From assembly GCA_016235545.1 (NCBI GenBank), contig JACRKB010000032.1, positions 190 through 64,189 of the forward strand: a stretch of 64,000 bases of DNA, in the 5' to 3' direction. The stretch is from Verrucomicrobiota bacterium (GTDB lineage Bacteria > Verrucomicrobiota > Verrucomicrobiia > Limisphaerales > SXTU01). This document shows, piece by piece, positions 41,400-54,100 of this stretch (its first letter is position 1; the number at the start of each line of letters is the position of its first letter). A program made the translations under genes and the position numbers. The notes beneath the pieces were generated by a model. It worked only from the letters and a program-made list of their open reading frames with translations. It did no database searches and was not told the origin of the DNA.

Positions 41400-42610
41400 A
41401 AGCCTCCTCCCGCTTGCACGCTTGCACGGCAGCCCTCCTGCCACGGGCCCACGCGCCCGGCCTTGCCCACGCGGACCAGGTAGTCGCTGTCAAACTCCGG
41501 GCGCCGGCCCGCCACGGCTTCCTTGTCCAGCTCGTAGGCCAGCACGTTCGCGGCGTGGACCGCCGTGAGCGGGCTGAAGGCGTTCTCGAGCGTGCGGCCC
41601 GGATGATGATGATAGGAGACGCACTCCACGACAGGCACCGGGAGGCCCCACAGTCCGAGCAAGTAGCCGCCCACATCCGCGTGATTGCAGCCAAACACGC
41701 CGTGCTCCGCCGCAGTGAAGGAGAGGCCGCCGTCCTGCGCCAGGCGCATCGCCCGCTCATACTGCGCGCTGAAGTTCGCAGCCAGCACGAGCTTGCCGGC
41801 GTCATGCAGAAGCCCGCCGATGAACGCCTCGTCCACCAGCTTCACGTCCGCATTCTCCATGCGCGCGATGTGTTTGGCGCAGGCGGCGGTGATGAGGCTG
41901 TGGTTGCGCAGCGCGACGAGGGAGATGCCGCCCAGGTCCGTGCTCTCGTATTGCGAGAACGTGTGGAGCGAGAGCACGAGCGCCTTGATGGTGTCCAAAC
42001 CCAGGTAGTTGACCGCGTCGGATGCGTTGGCCACCCGTCGGCGCAGGCCGAAGAAGGCGGAGTTCACCAGCTTGAGCACTTGCGCGGACATGCCCACGTC
42101 CTGCGCGATGATTTCGCCGACACGTGCGAGCGAAGCGTCTGCGGATTGCAACTCCTCGACCACCCGCAGGTAGATGACGGGAAGGCTCGGAAGCCGGCTC
42201 ATCTGCGAGACGAGGGATTTGACCTGCTCGTTGTCCAGCGAATCGCCCAGCGCGACCGCACGCTGCACCGTGGCCTTGAGCACCTCGGGTTCACAGGGCT
42301 TGTGCAGATACTGGTGCGTGGAGCCGACGGCCTTGAGCACAAGGTCATGGTCCGCGTGGCCGGAAAGGATGATGCGGACTGTCTTGGGGAAACGCTTCAT
42401 CACCTCGGTGAGGAGCTGCGCGCCGTTCATGCCGGGCATGCGCATGTCGGAGATGACCACGTCCACCGGCACGGAGGCCAGCCGCTCCAGCGCGAGCGCG
42501 CCCGATTCGACAAACTCCATGTCCCACTCGTTGCGCATGGGCCGCAGCATCCGCTGCAAGCCCTGGAGGACCATTGACTCGTCATCCACGAAGAGCACGC
42601 GCTTCTTCAT
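41396..42610 (-). CDS. Response regulator REC-HDOD
   Basis: VLFVDDE, ISDMRMPG, LPSLP, VLKLVNSAFFG, GLLHDAGKL, YHHHP. Confidence 0.92.
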   Translation of the reverse strand: MKKRVLFVDDESMVLQGLQRMLRPMRNEWDMEFVESGALALERLASVPVDVVISDMRMPGMNGAQLLTEVMKRFPKTVRIILSGHADHDLVLKAVGSTHQYLHKPCEPEVLKATVQRAVALGDSLDNEQVKSLVSQMSRLPSLPVIYLRVVEELQSADASLARVGEIIAQDVGMSAQVLKLVNSAFFGLRRRVANASDAVNYLGLDTIKALVLSLHTFSQYESTDLGGISLVALRNHSLITAACAKHIARMENADVKLVDEAFIGGLLHDAGKLVLAANFSAQYERAMRLAQDGGLSFTAAEHGVFGCNHADVGGYLLGLWGLPVPVVECVSYHHHPGRTLENAFSPLTAVHAANVLAYELDKEAVAGRRPEFDSDYLVRVGKAGRVGPWQEGCRASVQAGGGL

Positions 42611-45174
42611 GCCGGCCTCACTTCCCCGGTGCCCGGCGCCAGCGGCAGGCGCACGATGAAGGTGGTCCCCTTGCCCATCTCGGTCTCGAAGGTGATCGTC
42701 CCGCCGTGCTTGTCCACGACCACGGAGCGTGCGATGGCCAGCCCCTGCCCCGTGCCCTTGCCCACTTCCTTGGTGGTGAAGAACGGGTCGAAGACCTTGC
42801 CTCGCGCGTGTTCAGGTATTCCCGTGCCGCTGTCGCCAATGCGCAGCACGGCCCAGTCGCCCTCGCGGCGGGTGCGGACCGTGATGAGGCCCTTGCCCCC
42901 GGAACTGCCGAGCGTGCCGGCAATGGCATGTGCGGCGTTGACTATGATGTTGAGCACGACCTGGTTGAACTCGCCCGGCAGGCACGGCACCGGCGGCAAT
43001 GAAGTGTCGAAGTCAGTTTCCATGTCAGCGAGGTATTTCCATTCGTTGCGCGCGACGGTGATCGTGCTCTCGATGGCGCGGTTCAAATCCACCGGTGTCT
43101 TGTCCTCCGAGCCGGGATGCGAGAAGTCCTTCATCGCCCGGACAATGCTCGACACGCGCTCGACACCCGCCAGCGACTCGCCAATCGCGCGGGGGATTTC
43201 GCCTTGCAGGTAGCCCACGTCCGCCGTCTCCACTGCCTCCTCGGCGGCGGTGATGATCGTCGGCGTGGGGCCGCCGTTCTTCGCAGCGGCGAGCAGGTTG
43301 CCGTGCGCGTCCAGCAGCGCCCCGAGATCGCGGAATGCATCCTGCAAGAAACGCAGGTTGTCGCCGATATACTGCGTGGGCGTGTTGATCTCGTGCGCGA
43401 TGCCGGCGGCGAGCTGGCCGATGGATTCGAGCTTCTGCGCGTGGCGCAGTTGCGTCTCCAGCGCACGCCGCTGAGTCACATCCACGGCCAGCAGGATGTA
43501 GTTGAGGCGGTTCTCCACGTCCGGCTTGCTGGGCGTGACGCTCAAGTTCAGGAAGACGTCCTGATTTGGGGAATGCACGACGCGGAAGTTGTCCAATTCG
43601 AGGTGGCGGTCCGTATGCACCGATTCGCTGATGACGCCCATGAGCCTTTCCCAATCCCAGGGAATCGGCAGCGCATGGAATGGCTGCCCTATCACCGCCG
43701 CGGCTGGAAGGCCGAAGGTTTGCGCTGCCGCCTCGTTCCAACGCGCCACGCGGCCCGCCACGTCCACGCCGATGAGCACGGCGGAAATCGAGGCGAAGAG
43801 CTTCTCCGTCTCCGTGTGCATGCGGCGCATCTCCTCCTCCTGCTGCTTGCGCTCTGAGATGTCGAAGATGACGCCGTCAAGCCATCGCACGCTGCCGTCC
43901 GTGTCGAAGGCCGCCTGCCCCTTCTCATGCACCCATCGGACCGTGCCATCGCAGCGCACCAGCCGGTAGTCGGCCACGTAGGGCTGCCGGCGGTTCAGAC
44001 CGTCCTGAATGGCCTGCACGATGCCAATGTCGTCCGGATGGATGATGGACTCGAACGTCTGGGTCCGTTCCTTGGTGAACTCCGAACTGGCGTAGCCGGA
44101 CAACTCCCATATCAGGTCGCTGATGAATTCGATGCGCCGCTCCGGCGGCGGCGTGCAGCGATAAACCGCGCCGGGAATATTTGAAATGAGCGAGCGGAGA
44201 CGCTCATCGTTCTCGTGCGCAGCCGCCTCGACGCTCTTGCGCGCCGTCACATCACGCGCCACCAGGACGAGCTTCTCCACATCGCCACGTTCGCTGCGGA
44301 TGGCGGAGCCGGTGGACTCGATCGTGCGCCACGAACCGTTCTTGTGCCGCATCCGGTATTCCACCTGGTTGTAGCCGCCTGATGCGACGGCCTCGCTCGT
44401 CGCGGCGGCCACGCGCTCCCGGTCGTCGGGGTGGACCTGTTCGAGTGAATCGGTGCTGTTGATGTCGGATTGCGTGTAGCCCAGGACAGACCTGTAGGAC
44501 GGGCTGTTGTAAAGCCGGTGGCCGTTCACATCCACGACGGAGATGAGGTCGGCGGCATTGTCGGTGATGAGCCGCAGCAACTCCTCGCTCTGCCGCAACT
44601 GCGCCTCGGACTTGCGCCGCTCTTCCAGCTCCCACTTCACCTTGTCGAGCGCCTTGCGCGCGGCCTCGGTGCGCTCGAAGACAACGCTCTCCAGATTGGC
44701 CAGGTGGCCTTGCGCCTCGATGAAATGCTGCCACTTGGAAGTCATCGCGTTCGCAAGTTGCAGCACCTCCAGCATCTCAAAGGGTTTCTTGAGGATGATG
44801 AGCGAGTCCGTGTGGCCGAACGTCGCCAGCACCTTGGCCATCGCCGCGTCAGCCGCGCCGCTGCAAAGCACGATCTGCAATTCCGGCGAGATGTGCCACA
44901 GACGCCGCATCGTTTGATAGCCGTCCAGGCCGGGCATATACATGTCCACAAACGCCATCGCAAATGGCTGGCCGGAATTCTCCGCCACACGCGCATGCAC
45001 CTCCGCCTCCTCGCCCGTGTTCGCGCTGCTCACTTGATACGGCTCTGCGGCCGGCACATGCCCCTTGGTTGCCGAAGCCGGGATGGAAAGAATCCGGCGC
45101 ATGACGGAGTGGACCTGCGGGTCGTCATCCACGATCAGCACACGGCGGTTCTTTTCTGTCGGCAGGGCGCTCAT
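42607..45174 (-). CDS. Cytoplasmic hybrid histidine kinase REC-PAS-PAS-PAS-HisKA-HATPase
   Basis: N-terminal VLIVDDD..FVDMYMPG; VHPDD/IHPDD PAS domains; AHEINTP; NAAHA; FTTKEVGKGTGQGL. Confidence 0.92.
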   Translation of the reverse strand: MSALPTEKNRRVLIVDDDPQVHSVMRRILSIPASATKGHVPAAEPYQVSSANTGEEAEVHARVAENSGQPFAMAFVDMYMPGLDGYQTMRRLWHISPELQIVLCSGAADAAMAKVLATFGHTDSLIILKKPFEMLEVLQLANAMTSKWQHFIEAQGHLANLESVVFERTEAARKALDKVKWELEERRKSEAQLRQSEELLRLITDNAADLISVVDVNGHRLYNSPSYRSVLGYTQSDINSTDSLEQVHPDDRERVAAATSEAVASGGYNQVEYRMRHKNGSWRTIESTGSAIRSERGDVEKLVLVARDVTARKSVEAAAHENDERLRSLISNIPGAVYRCTPPPERRIEFISDLIWELSGYASSEFTKERTQTFESIIHPDDIGIVQAIQDGLNRRQPYVADYRLVRCDGTVRWVHEKGQAAFDTDGSVRWLDGVIFDISERKQQEEEMRRMHTETEKLFASISAVLIGVDVAGRVARWNEAAAQTFGLPAAAVIGQPFHALPIPWDWERLMGVISESVHTDRHLELDNFRVVHSPNQDVFLNLSVTPSKPDVENRLNYILLAVDVTQRRALETQLRHAQKLESIGQLAAGIAHEINTPTQYIGDNLRFLQDAFRDLGALLDAHGNLLAAAKNGGPTPTIITAAEEAVETADVGYLQGEIPRAIGESLAGVERVSSIVRAMKDFSHPGSEDKTPVDLNRAIESTITVARNEWKYLADMETDFDTSLPPVPCLPGEFNQVVLNIIVNAAHAIAGTLGSSGGKGLITVRTRREGDWAVLRIGDSGTGIPEHARGKVFDPFFTTKEVGKGTGQGLAIARSVVVDKHGGTITFETEMGKGTTFIVRLPLAPGTGEVRPA

Positions 45175-45187
45175 CGGAACGGTTTGC

Positions 45188-48100
45188 TCATGCGGCGACA
45201 GGTTGACCGGCCTCCTCCATGGCCTCCGACAGCACGCGCGCGGCGGTGGGCAGATGTGGACGAAGCGCCTCGAGGCGTTCGTTGATGGTCGCCAGCAATT
45301 CACCCGCGCTGAACGAAATCAGCCGGCGATACCAACGAACGAATTCCCGGCTCACCGCAGCTTCCCCGGCGGCAAAGGACGCGGTCTCGGTTCCCTCCAC
45401 CAACTCCAGCAGCAGGCGCGCCGACTCGTGGATGGCATTTCCCCTCTGCGAGCTGCGGCGGAGCAGCGCCAGCGCCTCGCTGCTCTGCTGCGACAGCATC
45501 AACGCCTCCGCCCGCTGCACGAGCACACCGTTGTGTTCGGGGAAATGAGCAACGGCCTCGCCAGTCCAGTCAGCCGCGAACTCGATGAACTCGGGCCGGC
45601 TCAAGGCAAGCTGCCCGCCCAGCAGCCACACATGCGGCTCTTGCGCCGCGTCGCCAACCATCGCGTGCAACGTTTGCAGCGCGTCCACCACGCGACCGCG
45701 CTCGCCCAGCCACCGTGCGAAATCAAATCGCGCCGCCCGCGCTCCGGCATCCTCCGCAAGCGCGGCCAGAAACGCCTTCTCTGTCTCGGCGTGTTGCCCC
45801 GCGCCCCACCGGCACAGCGCGAGCACATGGTGCGGCCCGGCCTTGCGGATGTCGCGGTTCACTGGCGAGAGCGTCGGCTCATCGCGCTTCGCGAGACACT
45901 GATGCATCTGCCCGGCCCCATCAGAGAACTGCTTCAGCTCCAGCGCCGCCAGGCCGGCCATGAAATGAATCGAGGCCGTCAGCCCGCCTTGCTGCGCAAG
46001 CGGTGATTCGACCACGCGCAGCACCTCGGCGAACTCCTTCGCCGTGTGAAGGTGGCAGACATATTGGGTCAGCAATGCTTCGCGCAACTCGGGCACAACG
46101 TCTTTCTTCGGCAGCCCCGCGAGCTGACTGAAGGCTGAACGGTAGTGTTCCAACCCTTCTCGCAACTGCCCGGAGCGCACCAGCTCCAGGCCCATGTTCA
46201 TCAGCAGCATCGGTTCGCCCGGCAGTTCCTCGATGGCCCGTCGCAGCAGCCGTAGATTTCGCTCTATCTTGTTCCGGTCCGCGATGACCTCCGCGCTGTA
46301 GCCGTGGTGCCGCAAGGTTGCCGTGCCCAGGCGCGTCTCCATTCCCCATGCCTCGCACTTCACGAGGATGCTTGGGAACACCTGCTCATGGACGCGCCCG
46401 TAGAAGAACAGGCCCGGCGCGTTGCGCCACAGGCGCGGCACGTAGCACTGCCCGTCCTCTTCTTGCCCGACGTTTTGCAAACGCAGCCGCACGGCCAGAA
46501 CGTCGGCCGCTGCCATGTCCGCCCGCAACTTCGCGTGCTCGCAGGCCGGCAGCTCCTCGTCCGCATCGAGGAACATCACCCAGTCCCCGGTCGCGTGCGC
46601 AAGCGCCGCATTGCGCGCCGCGCTGAAGTCGTCCTCCCACGGATGCGAATACACCTCCGCCCCGCGCATCTTCGCGATTTCCACCGTGCTGTCGGTCGAG
46701 CCGGTGTCCACCACGATGAGCTGGTCCGCCAGGCCCCGCACAGAATCGAGGCACTGGCCAAGAAACTTTTCCTCGTTCTTGGCGATGACGAAAATGGTCA
46801 GGCGCGGCTGCCCGGCCTTTGCGGGCAGCGCGGGCCAGCGGACGTTCGAGACGCGTCCGCGCGACTGCAGAGCCTTGTGAAATCTCTTCGCGGCCCGCCA
46901 ATGCGGGACAAGCTGGCGCGCGCGCGCCGCACACTCGCGCGCCATCGCCACATCGCCGGCAGCCTGCGCCGTCTCCGCAAGCAACAGCCACGCCTCGGGG
47001 TGGAACGGGCGCGCCTCCAGCGCCATCAGCGTCTCAGTCCACGCGGCGAAGTGTTGACCCCGCTGCAATGCCGCGCGCGCCACCGTCAAGTCACCGACCC
47101 GGCCCACCGGCGGCAGCTTGAGCTGAAACGTCGGCAGGCTTCCACTGGCGGTGTCACCACCCCGCGCCACGTCCGTGATGAACGGCGCGGGCGCGGGCGC
47201 CGGAGCGGCGCGCTGCCCTTCACCCGCGAAAGCCAGCAGCAGTTTCTCCCACTCGTCCCACTCGCGCTCGCGCGGAAAGTCCTTCGCCGTCGCCAGCCCG
47301 CCTTGCACCAGGCGCTCGCGCAGAGAGCGGTCGCGCATCAGCTTTTCCACCGCCTCCGCGATGGCCTCGGGCGAGCCCACCGGCACGAGCAGGCAGTTCA
47401 CGCCTTCGCGGCAATACTCCCGCGCGCCTGGCGTGTCCGTGCAGACCACGGCTGCGCCGGCGGCCATCGCCTCTTGCGGCGGGCGCGGGCAGGAGTCGTA
47501 GTGGGACGCGTAGATGAGAATGTCCGCCGTGCCGAAGAGGAATGTCTTGAGTTCATCCGCCGGCGCGACGTGAAACTCGCAGGGAAACTTCGCAAAAATC
47601 TCCGGCCCGGTGCCGGAGATGCGGACAGCGGTGAAGTGCGGGCAGCGCTTCGCCAGCAGCGTCAGCGCGTCGTGGATTTCCTGAATGCCCTTGAACGTGA
47701 GCGGCTCCTCCCGCGTGCCACGCGAGTCCGGCCCAACTATGAGGAGGCGCAGCTTCGAGCCTGGCAAGGCGCGCGACAGCGGGCGGAAAACCGTCTGGTC
47801 CGTGCAGACCGGGAGAATCGCGTCGGCCTTCCGGCCCGTCGTGCGCTCGACCGCGCGGGCGAGGTTGTGAGAATTCGCCACGAAACGCACGCCCGGTGCC
47901 TGATACGACAGGCCCGACAGCTCGCGCAGCAGCCGATGCTGCTCCGTGTCCGGCAGCGTCGCATCGGCGAAGACATACTGGTCGCCCTGTGCGTAATAGA
48001 CCTTCACCGGCGCGGTGACTGCCTTCAGCTCGTGTGTGTTCGTGAAGTAGGTGCTCACCACCACGTCGCTGGGCGGAACGGACGTCGCCATCCCCTGCCC

Positions 48101-51100
48101 TTCCGGCACGCGCACCACTCGCACCTGAAACTGAAACCAATCCGGCTTCTCCGTGCGCGTGACGATGGTCACGTCGTGACCCTTGCGCCGCAGCTCCTCC
48201 GCCTGCCGCAGCAGCGTCTGGTTGCCGCCAGTCACGCCGAGAATGCTCTCGATGAGATAGGTCACGCGCAGCGTGCGGTCCGGTGTGGCTGCGGCTTCAC
48301 GGGGCGGCGAGGCCGGCACGGCACTGCCTTGAGCAGCGCGCAACGCACTTTCCTCCACCCTCTCATCAGCACCGGGCTTCAGCCCGGTGGAGTGCGCGGG
48401 CGAGGCAGCAGCCGTTTCAACGGCTTCTGCCCTGTCATTTCCGCCCCCGCACAGCACCGCCAGATTCTCCTTCGCAATCGCGTTGTCCGGCTCCAACTCC
48501 AGTGCGCGCGCGATGACGAGCCGTGCCGTCTCCCTGTCGCCCGCGTGCTGAAGGCAGAACGCCAGGCCCAGCAGCGTGTCCACGCAGTCGGGTGACTGTT
48601 GCAAAATGCGTCCGAAAACCTTCGCCGCATCCGCCCAGCGGCCAGCCTCGCGGTTCAGCCGCGCGAGCAGGCGCAGCGCGTCGAGATTCTCCGGCTCCAA
48701 CTCCAGCGCACGCGCCAGCGCCGCTTCGAACTCCTCGACGCGGCCAAGCTGCACGGCCGTCGTGGCCAGCTTCAAGTGCGCAGCCGCGCTCCGTGGCTTG
48801 TGCCGGACCGCCAGCACAAATTCCACTCGGGCCGGCTCCAGTTCGCCAAGCTGGAACAGCACGCTGCCCAACGCTTCGCGCAGCTCGCCAGACTCCGGCA
48901 GCAGCGCAACCGCCTGGCGAAGCGCATCCCGTGCGCCGGGCAGGTTGCCTTGGCTGAAGTGCGTTTCGGCGCGGGCAATGTGTTCACTCACAAACACAGC
49001 CGGACGCTGCGCCTCCGCCTCCGGTGCGACGCGTGCCCACACCTGCGACGCCCACTCGTGCGACGCGGCGTCGTAAGTCTTCGGATGGTTCAGCACGATG
49101 CGCGCGCGCAGCTCCGCATCGCGCTTCGCCGCCGTGGTCAGCATGCTGCCGGCCTTGATGCGATAGCGGAACAACGGCTCGGCAATCTTCCGCGCCTTGA
49201 ATCCTCGCTCCGCAGCGCCAATCCAAAAATCCCAATCCTCGTAGCCCCAGACCAGGTTCGGATTGTAGCCTCCCACCGCATCGAAGACCTCACGCCGGTA
49301 GAGCGAGCAATAGTTGAGCTGGTTGAGCGTCGCCAGTTTCGCGAGGGAGAACTCGCCAGTCTGAAATACGCCGTCGGCATCCCCGAAGCGCAGCAGGTCG
49401 GTGAAGACGATGTGCGTGTCCGGGTTGGCTTCGAGCACCGCGACCGTCTTTGCGAGGAAGTCCGGCGCGAGCCCATCGTCGGCGTCGAGCGGGAGAATGT
49501 GTTTGCCCAGTGCGAGGGCGATGCCGTTGTTGCGCGCCATCGCAAGGCCTTGGTTTGGCTGGTTGAGCAGGTGGATTCGGTGCGATGGATTTTCGCGAAT
49601 CAGCCGCTCTGCGACCGCGCTGGTGTCATCGGGGCTGCCGTCGTTGACGATGATGATTTCCCACTCGGCGTGAGTTTGAGCGAGCACGCTGGCCACGGCC
49701 TCGGGCAGCAGGTGCGCCTGCTTGAAGCACGGGATGACGACGGACACGAGCGGCGGGCAGGCCGACTTCGCGACGAGGAGCAGCTCGACTTCCTGATGGC
49801 AGGCGTTCGGGGTGAAGCCGTCGTAAGCGGCCACGTTCACTCGCTGGCCCTCGGCGAAGAGCCGCGCCAGCGTGGCGGGCGAAAGCTCGTTGCGCGCGCC
49901 GGCACGGTTGTTGAAGTCCGCTTGGACCTTGTTGACCGGCGCGCAGAACGTGAGCGACTGCGGCACGCAGAGCAGCAGCGGATGCGACTCGCGGAAACGC
50001 GGCGCGCTCTCGGCGAGGCGGGCTTCGAGCGTGTTGGGATTATTGAAGTCGAGCGACTCCAGCAGCGGGCGCAGGTCTGCCAGCCGGTAGAGCGAGCTGG
50101 AGACTTCAAGCGGATATGCGAAGTCGCAGTCCGCACCGGGCCACGCGAAGGCGAGCGTGGCCGCGCCGGGTTCAGCGAATGTCGGCAGTGCCTGCGCACG
50201 GTTGAGCGGATAGCAATAGGTCGTGTTCCGGCCCAGCCGCAGGGAATGGCCCACCGCGCGCGGCTCGATGGCGAGCTGGGCGCTGAGTTCAGCGAGCGTG
50301 AAATCGCGGACGAACAAGTTGTCGTCCACGAGGAAGAGAACTTGGTCCGCACCGGCAATGGATTGAAGCAGGTCGGTCTTGAAGCGCTGCTCGGCGATGA
50401 ACTCGGCGGCGGGATACTCACGGGTGAGCGCGGCGTATTGGACACGGTGCGCGGTGTCGCTGGCACAGTGAAGGACACGCAGCTTCGCGCGCCCGGCGTC
50501 GCGGCAATGGCGATAGAACGAGCGGATGGTGGCGTCGAGCTGGAGCGCGCGGTCCTTCGAGAAGATGACGGCGGTGATGGCGGCTGGCTCCAGCGGCTGT
50601 GCCGACGACTTGCAGTCGCCGGCGGTTGGAGCAACCGCAACTGGACTTGGTGCGTTGCAGCAGCCACTGGTAGCGGGGGATGCGACAGACGGCGACTGCA
50701 AGTCGCCGGCACGGGTGCGGGCGTGAGCGAGGCGGAGATACAACTCCTCCCAGCGGTCCACGACGGAATCCCACGTCAGCTTCTCCTTCCACTCGCGGTG
50801 TCCGGCTTCGGCGAGCTGGACGCGAAGGCTCTCGTTGTCGAGCAGGTGCGAGGCTTGCGCGGCCATGTCGTCGGGCGCGCAGACCACGCCGCCCTGCCAC
50901 TCGCGGACGTTGCCGCAGTCGGTGGAGACAAACGGCAGGCGCGCGGCCTTCGCTTCGATGATGACCAACGGAGACGCCTCGACGTGCGAGCCGAACAGGA
51001 ACACGTCGGCACTGCGGAACGCGGCCACAACATCTTCGCGCGGCACACCGGTGAGGAAGCGCACGTTCAGGCCGGCGGCCTGCGCACGCAGCGCGGCGAG

Positions 51101-54100
51101 CGTGCCGCCGTCGTGGCCGATGAAGACCATCGTGAAGTCCGGCCGGGCCATGCGGCGGACGGTTTCGAGGACGCGCTCCTGGCCTTTGCCCGGCATGAAG
51201 TTCGCCACGCACAGGCCGAAGTGGCGCGTGGTGAGGCGATACTTCTCCCGGAAGTTCACGGCCAGCGGGCGCGTGAACTCGTCGGTGTCCGTGCCGTTCG
51301 GGATGACGAGGCCGTTCTTCAAGCCGAGGCGTTCGCCGAACGCGAAGTCCTGGTAGGTCGCCGAGTGATAGACCGCCGCGTCGTAGAGCGGCAGCACCGC
51401 CGGCAGGAAGTCCTGAAAGTAGGCGCGAAACTGCGGCCAGCGCAGCGTGCCCGCGTCGGCGAGCGCCGAGTAGCCGCACGGCGCAAGGACGTTGGCGCGG
51501 CGCGGGCGAAGCTCTTGAAGCAGCGGCATGGCGAGGTCGGTGGCCCATTGCTGCGCGGCGTAATTCATCATCACGTCGCAGTTGAACTCGCGGAGGAACT
51601 GCTGGTAACGGGCGAACTCGCCGTTCACGCCTTCGGCCAGTTTGCCGCTGACGGCGAACTCAACGATGCCGACGCCGTTCAACTCGCGGAACGCGCGGTC
51701 CGGCAACTTTGTCGTCGCCACCGTCACGCGATGGCCACGGCGCGCGAGCCGCTCGGAGAGCTGCTGGACGACCAGCTCCGCACCGCCGGTGTGCGGGGCG
51801 TAGAACTCGACGGTGTGCAGGAGGTTGAGGCGCGTTGAGCCGCCGGCCCGGCGCGGGGTGCGCGCTTCCGGCGTCGTGGCGCGGGAGGCGACCTGGCCGG
51901 CCTGGTAGTCGGCGCGGATGATGGCGGCGAGTTCCTCCTGCTGCTGCGCGCGCGTGCTGCCGACGCTGGCGGGATGCAGCCGAATGCGGTGCAGGACTTC
52001 GGGCAAGTTCGCCAGCTCGAAGCCGGCGAGCAGCGCGCGGGCGAAGAAGTCGTAGTCGTCCACGGAGCGGAACGCCTCGCGATACGGGCCGACCTGCTCG
52101 AAGACGGCGCGACGAATTAGCGCGGCGCTGTTCACCATCGAGTTCAGCTTGCCGAAGGTCGCACGAATGCGGGCTGGCTCGTGCTCCAGCGGCGGGCAGC
52201 CTAGGGATTTGCCGGTGTCGTCGAAGTATTCCGCGAAGCAACCAATGGCGGCGATGTCAGCGTGCGTCTCCAGGTGGGCCACGAGCTTCGCGAGCTTGTC
52301 CGGCAACGACAGGTCATCGCTGTCGTGGTTGAGCAAATAGCGCGAGCCGGGGTGCGCGGCCATGACAGCCTCGTTGCGCGCGGCGACCTCGCCGCGATGC
52401 GACAGGGCCAGCACGCGGATGCGTGGGTCGCGCTGCGCGTAGTCGCGAGCGATGGCGAGCGTGCGGTCGGTCGAGCCGTCGTCGGCGAGGAGGATTTCAA
52501 AGTCACCGAAGGTCTGGGCCAGCAGCGAGTCGAGTGTGGTCGGCAAGTAGTGCTCGCGGTTGTAGGCGGGGATGAAGATGGAGACGAGCGGCGGGCGTGC
52601 GCTGAGGGTGGTGGCCGTCGCGACTGGTGCGGCGCACACCGCCGCAGTCCGACTCCCGCTCGCTTCCTCGGAGGAGGGGAGAGGGTTGGGGTGAGGGGTG
52701 ACGTGCGGAGGCGTTGGCACCTCCCACCCCTCATCCGGCCTGCGGCCACCTTCTCCCCTCCTCCGAGGAAGGGAGAAGGCGCGTCTCGTGGCGTTCGGTT
52801 CGCATTCCGCCGACTGGCATTGGGAATTGCTAATAGTCAGCGCGCCGTGGAGTTGTGTGAACTTTTCCATCCAGATGCTGTGCAGGCGGGTTTCGCTGGC
52901 GGAGGCATCCACGAGGTTCTCGCGGAGGATGTCGGCCACGGCGGTGGCAAGCTCGCCGGGCGAACGCATCACGACCTTCACGGCGGTGGCGGTGACGTTG
53001 CGCGTCATCTGCCATTCGCCGAGCTGGCAGTGGACTTCGCCGAAGCCGAGCGCGCCGAGGACGCGCTGGTATTTGGCTGGATACCAGCCGTCGTAGTGGA
53101 CCGCCCAGGCGGCCTCGTGCGAGCCGAAGAGGTGGCGAAGGACGACTTGTTTTTGAGCGAAGCTGGGCTGCGGCTCCGTGAGCAGACGCGCAGAAGCCTC
53201 GGCGTCGGGGGTCTCGATGGTCAGGCGACCGCCGGGCTTGAGCCAGCGTTGCCAGCGGCAGAGCAGCGCGAGCGCGGTGGGGCGGTCGAAGTGCTCGAAG
53301 ACGTGGTGCAGCCGGACTTCGTCCACGCTCGCGGCGGGAAGGTCGAGGCGGATGATGTCGGCGAAAATGTCCGCCGCGACGCTGGTCTGCACGGTGTGCT
53401 CGGCGGGCGGGAAGTCCACGTTCACGTAGCCATCGAAGCGCTGCTCGCCGCAGCCGAGGTGCAGGCGCAGTGGGGCGCCGGGCTGCCAGAGGTGCGCCTG
53501 CTGAAGTTGGGCCAGAAAGCTGCGCTCAGCGGAGCCGCCGCCGGTCGGCTTCCAGCGCGGCTTCGACGCCGGGGCGGGGTGCAGGTCGCGGAGAAATTTT
53601 TCAAAAAACGCCGTGGTGGAATACTCACGCACGGCGCGCTGATGGGCGCGCTCGGCGATGGCGGCGTAGCGCGGATAGTCGGCAAGGATTGCGCGCAGGA
53701 TGTCTTGAAGGCGGTCCGGCTCGAAATAGACAAACTCGGTGCCCGGCTCGAAGTAGCGCTCGACGAGATTCCACGGGTCGCGCTGGCAGAGGATGAGCGA
53801 GCGGCAGAAGGCGGCCCCGAAGAGCCGCGACTTGAGCTGCGGTGCCGGCCATGTCTGGTCGGGCGCGGCGGCGAGGAGTTCCGCGCTGCCGGGCAGCGGG
53901 AGCTGGGAGAAGGCCGTGTTCTCGCGCCAGTGCGCGTGTCGCGCGACGTTTTCAATTTGCTGCCGGGTGACGAAGAGCTGGTTGTGAACAAGTGTGACGC
54001 GGGAGCGGGCGATGAGGGAGAGCTTCTCCTGATAGCTGCAATTGAAGTCTGTCACCGCCGGGTGCCGGAGCTGCGAGACGAAGCGATGGCGGAACGGCGC

